Below are positions 40,884 through 55,800 of a stretch of DNA of 64,000 bases, piece after piece. The DNA comes from Eledone cirrhosa. Taxonomy: Eukaryota. The notes under the pieces were generated by a model. That model was given only the letters and a program-made list of their open reading frames with translations, was not told the origin of the DNA and ran no database searches. The translations under genes and the position numbers were made by a program. The stretch spans positions 20,460,001 through 20,524,000 of the forward strand of contig OZ024764.1 of assembly GCA_964016885.1 (NCBI GenBank). The letters run 5' to 3'. The stretch's first letter is position 1. Each line of letters starts with the position of its first letter.

Positions 40884-43800
40884 TTAATCTAATGTCACTA
40901 ATAACTACTTTTATCAGTCAGTATAATTTAATGTCACTAATAACTACTTTTATCAGTCAGTTTAATCTAATGTCACTAATAACTACTTTTATCTGTCAGT
41001 ATAATATAAAGTCACTAATAACTACTTTTATCAGTCAGTATAATCTAATGTCACTAATAACTACTTTTATCAGTCAGTTTAATCTAATGTAATAACTACT
41101 TTTATCAGTCAGTTTAATCTAATGTCACTAATAACTACTTTTATCAGTCAGTATAATCTAATGTCACTAATAATTACTTTTATCAGTCAGTTTAATCTAA
41201 TGTAATAACTACTTTTATCAGTCAGTTTAATCTAATGTCACTAATAACTACTTTTATCAGTCAGTTTAATCTAATGTCACTAATAACTACTTTTATCAGT
41301 CAGTTTAATCTAATGTCACTAATAACTACTTTTATCAGTCAGTATAATCTAATGTCACTAATAACTAGTTTTATCAGTCAGTTTAATCTAATGTCACTAA
41401 TAACTACTTTTATCAGTCAGTTTAATCTAATGTCACTAATAACTACTTTTATCAGTCAGTTTAATCTAATGTAATAACTACTTTTATCAGTCAGTTTAAT
41501 CTAATGTAATAACTACTTTTATCAGTCAGTTTAATCTAATGTCACTAATAACTACTTTTATCAGTCAGTTTAATCTAATGTCACTAATAACTACTTTTAT
41601 CAGTCAGTTTAATCTAATGTAATAACTACTTTTATCAGTCAGTTTAATCTAATGTCACTAATAACTACTTTTATCAGTCAGTTTAATCTAATGTCACTAA
41701 TAACTACTTTTATCAGTCAGTTTAATCTAATGTAATAACTACTTTTATCAGTCAGTTTAATCTAATGTCACTAATAACTACTTTTATCAGTCAGTTTAAT
41801 CTAATGTCACTAATAACTACTTTTATCAGTCAGTTTAATCTAATGTCACTAATAACTACTTTTATCAGTCAGTTTAATCTTATGTCACTAATAACTACTT
41901 TTATCAGTCAGTTTAATCTAATGTCACTAATAACTACTTTTATCAGTCAGTTTAATCTAATGTCACTAATAACTACTTTTATCAGTCAGTTTAATCTAAC
42001 GTAATAACTACTTTTATCAGTCAGTTTAATCTAATGTCACTAATAACTACTTTTATCAGTCAGTTTAATCTAATGTCACTAATAACTACTTTTATCAGTC
42101 AGTTTAATCTAATGTAATAACTACTTTTATCAGTCAGTTTAATCTAATGTCACTAATAACTACTTTTATCAGTCAGTTTAATCTAATGTAATAACTACTT
42201 TTATCAGTCAGTTTAATCTAATGTAATAACTACTTTTATCAGTCAGTTTAATCTAATGTCACTAATAACTACTTTTATCAGTCAGTTTAATCTTATGTCA
42301 CTAATAACTACTTTTATCAGTCAGTTTAATCTAATGTCACTAATAACTACTTTTATCAGTCAGTTTAATCTAATGTCACTAATAACTACTTTTATCAGTC
42401 AGTTTAATCTAATGTCACTAATAACTACTTTTATCAGTCAGTTTAATCTAATGTAATAACTACTTTTATCAGTCAGTTTAATCTAATGTCACTAATAACT
42501 ACTTTTATCAGTCAGTTTAATCTAATGTCACTAATAACTACTTTTATCAGTCAGTTTAATCTAATGTCACTAATAACTACTTTTATCAGTCAGTTTAATC
42601 TAATGTAATAACTACTTTTATCAGTCAGTTTAATCTAATGTCACTAAGAACTACTTTTATCAGTCAGTTTAATCTAATGTAATAACTACTTTTATCAGTC
42701 AGTTTAATCTAATGTCACTAATAACTACTTTTATCAGTCAGTTTAATCTAATGTAATAACTACTTTTATCAGTCAGTTTAATCTAATGTCACTAATAACT
42801 ACTTTTATCAGTCAGTTTAATCTAATGTAATAACTACTTTTATTAGTCAGTTTAATCTAATGTCACTAATAACTACTTTTATCACTCAGTTTAATCTAAT
42901 GTCACTAATAACTACTTTTATCAGTCAGTTTAATCTAATGTCACTAATAACTACTTTTATCAGTCAGTTTAATCTAATGTCACTAATAAATACTTTTATC
43001 AGTCAGTTTAATCTAATGTCACTAATAACTACTTTTATCAGTCAGTTTAATCTAATGTAATAACTACTTTCATCAGTCAGTTTAATCTAATGTCACTAAT
43101 AACTACTTTTATCAGTCAGTTTAATCTAATGTCACTAATAACTACTTTTATCAGTCAGTTTAATCTAATGTCACTAATAACTACTTTTATCAGTCAGTTT
43201 AATCTAATGTAATAACTACTTTTATCAGTCAGTTTAATCTAATGTCACTAATAACTACTTTTATCAGTCAGTTTAATCTAATGTCACTAATAACTACTTT
43301 TATCAGTCAGTTTAATCTAATGTCACTAATAACTACTTTTATCAGTCAGTTTAATCTAATGTAATAACTACTTTTATCAGTCAGTTTAATCTAATGTCAC
43401 TAATAACTACTTTTATCAGTCAGTTTAATCTAATGTAATAACTACTTTTATTAGTCAGTTTAATCTAATGTCACTAATAACTACTTTTATCAGTCAGTTT
43501 AATCTAATGTCACTAATAACTACTTTTATCAGTCAGTTTAATCTAATGTCACTAATAACTACTTTTATCAGTCAGTTTAATCTAATGTCACTAATAACTA
43601 CTTTTATCAGTCAGTTTAATCTAATGTCACTAATAACTACTTTTATCAGTCAGTTTAATCTAATGTCACTAATAACTAGTTTTATCAGTCAGTTTAATCT
43701 AATGTCACTAATAACTACTTTTATCAGTCAGTTTAATCTAATGTAATAACTACTTTTATCAGTCAGTTTAATCTAATGTCACTAATAACTACTTTTATCA

Positions 43801-46800
43801 GTCAGTTTAATCTAATGTCACTAGTAACTACTTTTATCAGTCAGTTTAATCTAATGTAATAACTACTTTTATCAGTCAGTATAATCTAATGTCACTAATA
43901 ACTACTTTTATCAGTCAGTTTAATCTAATGTAATAACTACTTTTATCAGTCAGTATAATCTAATGTCACTAATAACTACTTTTATCAGTCAGTTTAATCT
44001 AATGTCACTAATAACTACTTTTATCAGTCAGTATAATCTAATGTCGCTAATAACTACTTTTATCAGTCAGTTTAATCTAATGTCACTAATAACTACTTTT
44101 ATCAGTCAGTTTAATCTAATGTCACTAATAACTACTTTTATCAGTCAGTTTAATCTAATGTAATAACTACTTTTATCAGTCAGTATAATCTAATGTCACT
44201 AATAACTACTTTTATCAGTCAGTTTAATCTAATGTCACTAATAACTACTTTTATCAGTCAGTTTAATCTAATGTAATAACTACTTTTATCAGTCAGTTTA
44301 ATCTAATGTCACTAATAACTACTTTTATCAGTCAGTTTAATCTAATGTCACTAATAACTACTTTTATCAGTCAGTTTAATCTAATGTAATAACTACTTTT
44401 ATCAGTCAGTTTAATCTAATGTCACTAATAACTACTTTTATCAGTCAGTTTAATCTAATGTCACTAATAACTACTTTTATCAGTCAGTTTAATCTAATGT
44501 AATAACTACTTTTATCAGTCAGTTTAATCTAATGTCACTAATAACTACTTTTATCAGTCAGTTTAATCTAATGTCACTAATAACTACTTTTATCAGTCAG
44601 TTTAATCTAATGTCACTAATAACTACTTTTATCAGTCAGTTTAATCTAATGTCACTAATAACTACTTTTATCAGTCAGTTTAATCTAATGTCACTAATAA
44701 CTACTTTTATCAGTCAGTTTAATCTAATGTAATAACTACTTTTATCAGTCAGTTTAATCTAATGTCACTAATAACTACTTTTATCAGTCAGTTTAATCTA
44801 ATGTCACTAATAACTACTTTTATCAGTCAGTTTAATCTAATGTAATAACTACTTTTATCAGTCAGTATAATCTAATGTCACTAATAACTACTTTTATCAG
44901 TCAGTATAATCTAATGTCACTAATAATTACTTTTATCAGTCAGTTTAATCTAATGTAATAACTACATTTATCAGTCAGTATAATCTAATGTCACTAATAA
45001 CTACTTTTATCAGTCAGTTTAATCTAATGTCACTAATAACTACTTTTATCAGTCAGTTTAATCTAATGTCACTAATAACTACTTTTATCAGTCAGTTTAA
45101 TCTAATGTCACTAATAACTACTTTTATCAGTCAGTTTAATCTAATGTAATAACTACTTTTATCAGTCACTTTAATCTAATGTCACTAATAACTACTTTTA
45201 TCAGTCAGTTTAATCTAATGTCACTAATAACTACTTTTATCAGTCAGTTTAATCTAATGTCACTAATAACTACTTTTATCAGTCAGTTTAATCTAATGTA
45301 ATAACTACTTTTATCAGTCAGTTTAATCTAAGGTCACTAATAACTACTTTTATCTGTCAGTTTAATCTAATGTCACTAATAACTACTTTTATCAGTCAGT
45401 TTCATCTAATGTCACTAATAACTACTTTTATCAGTCAGTTTAATCTAATGTAATAACTACTTTTATTAGTCAGTTTAATCTAATGTCACTAATAACTACT
45501 TTTATCAGTCAGTTTAATCTAATGTCACTAATAACTACTTTTATCAGTCAGTTTAATCTAATGTCACTAATAACTACTTTTATCAGTCAGTTTAATCTAA
45601 TGTCACTAATAACTACTTTTATCAGTCAGTTTAATCTAATGTCACTAATAACTACTTTTATCAGTCAGTTTAATCTAATGTCACTAATAACTACTTTTAT
45701 CAGTCAGTTTAATCTAATGTCACTAATAACTACTTTTATCAGTCAGTTTAATCTAATGTAATAACTACTTTTATCAGTCAGTATAATCTAATGTCACTAA
45801 TAACTACTTTTATCAGTCAGTTTAATCTAATGTCACTAATAACTACTTTTATCAGTCAGTTTAATCTAATGTAATAACTACTTTTATCAGTCAGTTTAAT
45901 CTAATGTCACTAATAACTACTTTTATCAGTCAGTTTAATCTAATGTCACTAATAACTACTTTTATCAGTCAGTTTAATCTAATGTAATAACTACTTTTAT
46001 CAGTCAGTTTAATCTAATGTCACTAATAACTACTTTTATCAGTCAGTTTAATCTAATGTCACTAATAACTACTTTTATCAGTCAGTTTAATCTAATGTAA
46101 TAACTACTTTTATCAGTCAGTTTAATCTAATGTCACTAATAACTACTTTTATCAGTCAGTTTAATCTAATGTCACTAATAACTACTTTTATCAGTCAGTT
46201 TAATCTAATGTCACTAATAACTACTTTTATCAGTCAGTTTAATCTAATGTAATAACTACTTTTATCAGTCAGTTTAATCTAATGTCACTAATAACTACTT
46301 TTATCAGTCAGTTTAATCTAATGTCACTAATAACTACTTTTATCAGTCAGTTTAATCTAATGTAATAACTACTTTTATCAGTCAGTATAATCTAATGTCA
46401 CTAATAACTACTTTTATCAGTCAGTATAATCTAATGTCACTAATAATTACTTTTATCAGTCAGTTTAATCTAATGTAATAACTACATTTATCAGTCAGTA
46501 TAATCTAATGTCACTAATAACTACTTTTATCAGTCAGTTTAATCTAATGTCACTAATAACTACTTTTATCAGTCAGTTTAATCTAATGTCACTAATAACT
46601 ACTTTTATCAGTCAGTTTAATCTAATGTCACAAATAACTACTTTTATCAGTCAGTTTAATCTAATGTAATAACTACTTTTATCAGTCACTTTAATCTAAT
46701 GTCACTAATAACTACTTTTATCAGTCAGTTTAATCTAATGTCACTAATAACTACTTTTATCAGTCAGTTTAATCTAATGTCACTAATAACTACTTTTATC

Positions 46801-49800
46801 AGTCAGTTTAATCTAATGTAATAACTACTTTTATCAGTCAGTTTAATCTAATGTCACTAATAACTACTTTTATCTGTCAGTTTAATCTAATGTCACTAAT
46901 AACTACTTTTATCAGTCAGTTTCATCTAATGTCACTAATAACTACTTTTATCAGTCAGTTTAATCTAATATAATAACTACTTTTATTAGTCAGTTTAATC
47001 TAATGTCACTAATAACTACTTTTATCAGTCAGTTTAATCTAATGTCACTAATAACTACTTTTATCAGTCAGTTTAATCTAATGTCACTAATAACTACTTT
47101 TATCAGTCAGTTTAATCTAATGTCACTAATAACTACTTTTATCAGTCAGTTTAATCTAATGTCACTAATAACTACTTTTATCAGTCAGTTTAATCTAATG
47201 TCACTAATAACTACTTTTATCAGTCAGTTTCATCTAATGTCACTAATAACTACTTTTATCAGTCAGTTTAATCTAATATAATAACTACTTTTATCAGTCA
47301 GTTTAATCTAATGTCACTAATAACTACTTTTATCAGTCAGTTTAATCTAATGTCACTAATAACTACTTTTATCAGTCAGTTTAATCTAATGTCACTAATA
47401 ACTACTTTTATCAGTCAGTTTAATCTAATGTAATAACTACTTTTATCAGTCAGTTTAATCTAATGTCACTAATAACTACTTTTATCAGTCAGTTTAATCT
47501 AATGTCACTAATAACTACTTTTATCAGTCAGTTTAATCTAATGTAATAACTACTTTTATCAGTCAGTATAATCTAATGTCACTAATAACTACTTTTATCA
47601 GTCAGTATAATCTAATGTCACTAATAATTACTTTTATCAGTCAGTTTAATCTAATGTAATAACTACATTTATCAGTCAGTATAATCTAATGTCACTAATA
47701 ACTACTTTTATCAGTCAGTTTAATCTAATGTCACTAATAACTACTTTTATCAGTCAGTTTAATCTAATGTCACTAATAACTACTTTTATCAGTCAGTTTA
47801 ATCTAATGTCACTAATAACTACTTTTATCAGTCAGTTTAATCTAATGTAATAACTACTTTTATCAGTCACTTTAATCTAATGTCACTAATAACTACTTTT
47901 ATCAGTCAGTTTAATCTAATGTCACTAATAACTACTTTTATCAGTCAGTTTAATCTAATGTCACTAATAACTACTTTTATCAGTCAGTTTAATCTAATGT
48001 AATAACTACTTTTATCAGTCAGTTTAATCTAATGTCACTAATAACTACTTTTATCTGTCAGTTTAATCTAATGTCACTAATAACTACTTTTATCAGTCAG
48101 TTTCATCTAACGTCACTAATAACTACTTTTATCAGTCAGTTTAATCTAATATAATAACTACTTTTATTAGTCAGTTTAATCTAATGTCACTAATAACTAC
48201 TTTTATCAGTCAGTTTAATCTAATGTCACTAATAACTACTTTTATCAGTCAGTTTAATCTAATGTCACTAATAACTACTTTTATCAGTCAGTTTAATCTA
48301 ATGTCACTAATAACTACTTTTATCAGTCAGTTTAATCTAATGTCACTAATAACTACTTTTATCAGTCAGTTTAATCTAATGTCACTAATAACTACTTTTA
48401 TCAGTCAGTTTCATCTAATGTCACTAATAACTACTTTTATCAGTCAGTTTAATCTAATATAATAACTACTTTTATCAGTCAGTTTAATCTAATGTCACTA
48501 ATAACTACTTTTATCAGTCAGTTTAATCTAATGTCACTAATAACTACTTTTATCAGTCAGTTTAATCTAATGTCACTAATAACTACTTTTATCAGTCAGT
48601 TTAATCTAATGTCACTAATAACTACTTTTATCAGTCAGTTTAATCTAATGTCACTAGTAACTACTTTTATCAGTCAGTTAATCTAATGTAATAACTACTT
48701 TTATCAGTCAGTATAATCTAATGTCACTAATAACTACTTTTATCAGTCAGTTTAATCTAATGTAATAACTACTTTTATCAGTCAGTATAATCTAATGTCA
48801 CTAATAACTACTTTTATCAGTCAGTTTAATCTAATGTCACTAATAACTACTTTTATCAGTCAGTATAATCTAATGTCGCTAATAACTACTTTTATCAGTC
48901 AGTTTAATCTAATGTCACTAATAACTACTTTTATCAGTCAGTTTAATCTAATGTCACTAATAACTACTTTTATCAGTCAGTTTAATCTAATGTCACTAAT
49001 AACTACTTTTATCAGTCAGTATAATCTAATGTCACTAATAACTACTTTTATCAGTCAGTTTAATCTAATGTCACTAATAACTACTTTTATCAGTCAGTAT
49101 AATCTAATGTCAGTAATAATTACTTTTATCAGTCAGTTTAATCTAATGTCACTAATAACTACTTTTATCAGTCAGTTTAATCTAATGTCACTAATAACTA
49201 CTTTTATCAGTCAGTTTAATCTAATGTCACTAATAAATACTTTTATCAGTCAGTTTAATCTAATGTAATAACTACTTTTATCAGTCAGTATAATCTAATG
49301 TCACTAATAACTACTTTTATCAGTCAGTTTAATCTAATGTCACTAATAACTACTTTTATCAGTCAGTTTAATCTAATGTAATAACTACTTTTATCAGTCA
49401 GTTTAATCTAATGTCACTAATAACTACTTTTATCAGTCAGTTTAATCTAATGTCACTAATAACTACTTTTATCAGTCAGTTTAATCTAATGTAATAACTA
49501 CTTTTATCAGTCAGTTTAATCTAATGTCACTAATAACTACTTTTATCAGTCAGTTTAATCTAATGTCACTAATAACTACTTTTATCAGTCAGTTTAATCT
49601 AATGTAATAACTACTTTTATCAGTCAGTTTAATCTAATGTCACTAATAACTACTTTTATCAGTCAGTTTAATCTAATGTCACTAATAACTACTTTTATCA
49701 GTCAGTTTAATCTAATGTCACTAATAACTACTTTTATCAGTCAGTTTAATCTAATGTCACTAATAACTACTTTTATCAGTCAGTTTAATCTAATGTCACT

Positions 49801-52800
49801 AATAACTACTTTTATCAGTCAGTTTAATCTAATGTAATAACTACTTTTATCAGTCAGTTTAATCTAATGTCACTAATAACTACTTTTATCAGTCAGTTTA
49901 ATCTAATGTCACTAATAACTACTTTTATCAGTCAGTTTAATCTAATGTAATAACTACTTTTATCAGTCAGTATAATCTAATGTCACTAATAACTACTTTT
50001 ATCAGTCAGTATAATTTAATGTCACTAATAATTACTTTTATCAGTCAGTTTAATCTAATGTAATAACTACATTTATCAGTCAGTTTAATCTAATGTCACT
50101 AATAACTACTTTTATCAGTCAGTATAATTTAATGTCACTAATAACTACTTTTATCAGTCAGTTTAATCTAATGTCACTAATAACTACTTTTATCAGTCAG
50201 TTTAATCTAATGTCACTAATAACTACTTTTATCAGTCAGTTTAATCTAATGTCACTAATAACTACTTTTATCAGTCAGTTTAATCTAATGTAATAACTAC
50301 TTTTATCAGTCACTTTAATCTAATGTCACTAATAACTACTTTTATCAGTCAGTTTAATCTAATGTCACTAATAACTACTTTTATCAGTCAGTTTAATCTA
50401 ATGTCACTAATAACTACTTTTATCAGTCAGTTTAATCTAATGTAATAACTACTTTTATCAGTCAGTTTAATCTAATGTCACTAATAACTACTTTTATCTG
50501 TCAGTTTAATCTAATGTCACTAATAACTACTTTTATCAGTCAGTTTCATCTAATGTCACTAATAACTACTTTTATCAGTCAGTTCAATCTAATGTCACTA
50601 ATAACTACTTTTATCAGTCAGTTTAATCTAATGTAATAACTACTTTTATCAGTCAGTTTAATCTAATGTCACTAATAACTACTTTTATCAGTCAGTTTAA
50701 TCTAATGTAATAACTACTTTTATCAGTCAGTTTAATCTAATGTCACTAATAACTACTTTTATCAGTCAGTTTAATCTAATGTAATAACTACTTTTATTAG
50801 TCAGTTTAATCTAATGTCACTAATAACTACTTTTATCAGTCAGTTTAATCTAATGTCACTAATAACTACTTTTATCAGTCAGTTTAATCTAATGTCACTA
50901 ATAACTACTTTTATCAGTCAGTTTAATCTAATGTCACTAATAAATACTTTTATCAGTCAGTTTAATCTAATGTCACTAATAACTACTTTTATCAGTCAGT
51001 TTAATCTAATGTAATAACTACTTTCATCAGTCAGTTTAATCTAATGTCACTAATAACTACTTTTATCAGTCAGTTTAATCTAATGTCACTAATAACTACT
51101 TTTATCAGTCAGTATAATTTAATGTCACTAATAACTACTTTTATCAGTCAGTTTAATCTAATGTCACTAATAACTACTTTTATCTGTCAGTATAATATAA
51201 AGTCACTAATAACTACTTTTATCAGTCAGTATAATCTAATGTCACTAATAACTACTTTTATCAGTCAGTTTAATCTAATGTAATAACTACTTTTATCAGT
51301 CAGTTTAATCTAATGTCACTAATAACTACTTTTATCAGTCAGTATAATCTAATGTCACTAATAATTACTTTTATCAGTCAGTTTAATCTAATGTAATAAC
51401 TACTTTTATCAGTCAGTTTAATCTAATGTCACTAATAACTACTTTTATCAGTCAGTTTAATCTAATGTCACTAATAACTACTTTTATCAGTCAGTTTAAT
51501 CTAATGTCACTAATAACTACTTTTATCAGTCAGTATAATCTAATGTCACTAATAACTAGTTTTATCAGTCAGTTTAATCTAATGTCACTAATAACTACTT
51601 TTATCAGTCAGTTTAATCTAATGTCACTAATAACTACTTTTATCAGTCAGTTTAATCTAATGTAATAACTACTTTTATCAGTCAGTTTAATCTAATGTAA
51701 TAACTACTTTTATCAGTCAGTTTAATCTAATGTCACTAATAACTACTTTTATCAGTCAGTTTAATCTAATGTCACTAATAACTACTTTTATCAGTCAGTT
51801 TAATCTAATGTAATAACTACTTTTATCAGTCAGTTTAATCTAATGTCACTAATAACTACTTTTATCAGTCAGTTTAATCTAATGTCACTAATAACTACTT
51901 TTATCAGTCAGTTTAATCTAATGTAATAACTACTTTTATCAGTCAGTTTAATCTAATGTCACTAATAACTACTTTTATCAGTCAGTTTAATCTAATGTCA
52001 CTAATAACTACTTTTATCAGTCAGTTTAATCTAATGTCACTAATAACTACTTTTATCAGTCAGTTTAATCTTATGTCACTAATAACTACTTTTATCAGTC
52101 AGTTTAATCTAATGTCACTAATAACTACTTTTATCAGTCAGTTTAATCTAATGTCACTAATAACTACTTTTATCAGTCAGTTTAATCTAACGTAATAACT
52201 ACTTTTATCAGTCAGTTTAATCTAATGTCACTAATAACTACTTTTATCAGTCAGTTTAATCTAATGTCACTAATAACTACTTTTATCAGTCAGTTTAATC
52301 TAATGTCACTAATAACTACTTTTATCAGTCAGTTTAATCTAATGTCACTAATAACTACTTTTATCAGTCAGTTTAATCTAATGTAATAACTACTTTTATC
52401 AGTCAGTTTAATCTAATGTAATAACTACTTTTATCAGTCAGTTTAATCTAATGTCACTAATAACTACTTTTATCAGTCAGTTTAATCTTATGTCACTAAT
52501 AACTACTTTTATCAGTCAGTTTAATCTAATGTCACTAATAACTACTTTTATCAGTCAGTTTAATCTAATGTCACTAATAACTACTTTTATCAGTCAGTTT
52601 AATCTAATGTCACTAATAACTACTTTTATCAGTCAGTTTAATCTAATGTAATAACTACTTTTATCAGTCAGTTTAATCTAATGTCACTAATAACTACTTT
52701 TATCAGTCAGTTTAATCTAATGTCACTAATAACTACTTTTATCAGTCAGTTTAATCTAATGTCACTAATAACTACTTTTATCAGTCAGTTTAATCTAATG

Positions 52801-55800
52801 TAATAACTACTTTTATCAGTCAGTTTAATCTAATGTCACTAAGAACTACTTTTATCAGTCAGTTTAATCTAATGTAATAACTACTTTTATCAGTCAGTTT
52901 AATCTAATGTCACTAATAACTACTTTTATCAGTCAGTTTAATCTAATGTAATAACTACTTTTATCAGTCAGTTTAATCTAATGTCACTAATAACTACTTT
53001 TATCAGTCAGTTTAATCTAATGTAATAACTACTTTTATCAGTCAGTTTAATCTAATGTCACTAATAACTACTTTTATCAGTCAGTTTAATCTAATGTAAT
53101 AACTACTTTTATTAGTCAGTTTAATCTAATGTCACTAATAACTACTTTTATCAGTCAGTTTAATCTAATGTCACTAATAACTACTTTTATCAGTCAGTTT
53201 AATCTAATGTCACTAATAACTACTTTTATCAGTCAGTTTAATCTAATGTCACTAATAAATACTTTTATCAGTCAGTTTAATCTAATGTCACTAATAACTA
53301 CTTTTATCAGTCAGTTTAATCTAATGTAATAACTACTTTCATCAGTCAGTTTAATCTAATGTCACTAATAACTACTTTTATCAGTCAGTTTAATCTAATG
53401 TCACTAATAACTACTTTTATCAGTCAGTTTAATCTAATGTCACTAAGAACTACTTTTATCAGTCAGTTTAATCTAATGTAATAACTACTTTTATCAGTCA
53501 GTTTAATCTAATGTCACTAATAACTACTTTTATCAGTCAGTTTAATCTAATGTCACTAATAACTACTTTTATCAGTCAGTTTAATCTAATGTCACTAATA
53601 ACTACTTTTATCAGTCAGTTTAATCTAATGTAATAACTACTTTTATCAGTCAGTTTAATCTAATGTCACTAATAACTACTTTTATCAGTCAGTTTAATCT
53701 AATGTAATAACTACTTTTATTAGTCAGTTTAATCTAATGTCACTAATAACTACTTTTATCAGTCAGTTTAATCTAATGTCACTAATAACTACTTTTATCA
53801 GTCAGTTTAATCTAATGTCACTAATAACTACTTTTATCAGTCAGTTTAATCTAATGTCACTAATAACTACTTTTATCAGTCAGTTTAATCTAATGTCACT
53901 AATAACTACTTTTATCAGTCAGTTTAATCTAATGTCACTAATAACTAGTTTTATCAGTCAGTTTAATCTAATGTCACTAATAACTACTTTTATCAGTCAG
54001 TTTAATCTAATGTAATAACTACTTTTATCAGTCAGTTTAATCTAATGTCACTAATAACTACTTTTATCAGTCAGTTTAATCTAATGTCACTAGTAACTAC
54101 TTTTATCAGTCAGTTTAATCTAATGTAATAACTACTTTTATCAGTCAGTATAATCTAATGTCACTAATAACTACTTTTATCAGTCAGTTTAATCTAATGT
54201 AATAACTACTTTTATCAGTCAGTATAATCTAATGTCACTAATAACTACTTTTATCAGTCAGTTTAATCTAATGTCACTAATAACTACTTTTATCAGTCAG
54301 TATAATCTAATGTCGCTAATAACTACTTTTATCAGTCAGTTTAATCTAATGTCACTAATAACTACTTTTATCAGTCAGTTTAATCTAATGTCACTAATAA
54401 CTACTTTTATCAGTCAGTTTAATCTAATGTAATAACTACTTTTATCAGTCAGTATAATCTAATGTCACTAATAACTACTTTTATCAGTCAGTTTAATCTA
54501 ATGTCACTAATAACTACTTTTATCAGTCAGTTTAATCTAATGTAATAACTACTTTTATCAGTCAGTTTAATCTAATGTCACTAATAACTACTTTTATCAG
54601 TCAGTTTAATCTAATGTCACTAATAACTACTTTTATCAGTCAGTTTAATCTAATGTAATAACTACTTTTATCAGTCAGTTTAATCTAATGTCACTAATAA
54701 CTACTTTTATCAGTCAGTTTAATCTAATGTCACTAATAACTACTTTTATCAGTCAGTTTAATCTAATGTAATAACTACTTTTATCAGTCAGTTTAATCTA
54801 ATGTCACTAATAACTACTTTTATCAGTCAGTTTAATCTAATGTCACTAATAACTACTTTTATCAGTCAGTTTAATCTAATGTCACTAATAACTACTTTTA
54901 TCAGTCAGTTTAATCTAATGTCACTAATAACTACTTTTATCAGTCAGTTTAATCTAATGTCACTAATAACTACTTTTATCAGTCAGTTTAATCTAATGTA
55001 ATAACTACTTTTATCAGTCAGTTTAATCTAATGTCACTAATAACTACTTTTATCAGTCAGTTTAATCTAATGTCACTAATAACTACTTTTATCAGTCAGT
55101 TTAATCTAATGTAATAACTACTTTTATCAGTCAGTATAATCTAATGTCACTAATAACTACTTTTATCAGTCAGTATAATCTAATGTCACTAATAATTACT
55201 TTTATCAGTCAGTTTAATCTAATGTAATAACTACATTTATCAGTCAGTATAATCTAATGTCACTAATAACTACTTTTATCAGTCAGTTTAATCTAATGTC
55301 ACTAATAACTACTTTTATCAGTCAGTTTAATCTAATGTCACTAATAACTACTTTTATCAGTCAGTTTAATCTAATGTCACTAATAACTACTTTTATCAGT
55401 CAGTTTAATCTAATGTAATAACTACATTTATCAGTCACTTTAATCTAATGTCACTAATAACTACAATTATCAGTCAGTTTAATCTAATGTCACTAATAAC
55501 TACTTTTATCAGTCAGTTTAATCTAATGTCACTAATAACTACTTTTATCAGTCAGTTTAATCTAATGTAATAACTACTTTTATCAGTCAGTTTAATCTAA
55601 GGTCACTAATAACTACTTTTATCTGTCAGTTTAATCTAATGTCACTAATAACTACTTTTATCAGTCAGTTTCATCTAATGTCACTAATAACTACTTTTAT
55701 CAGTCAGTTTAATCTAATGTAATAACTACTTTTATTAGTCAGTTTAATCTAGTGTCACTAATAACTACTTTTATCAGTCAGTTTAATCTAATGTCACTAA

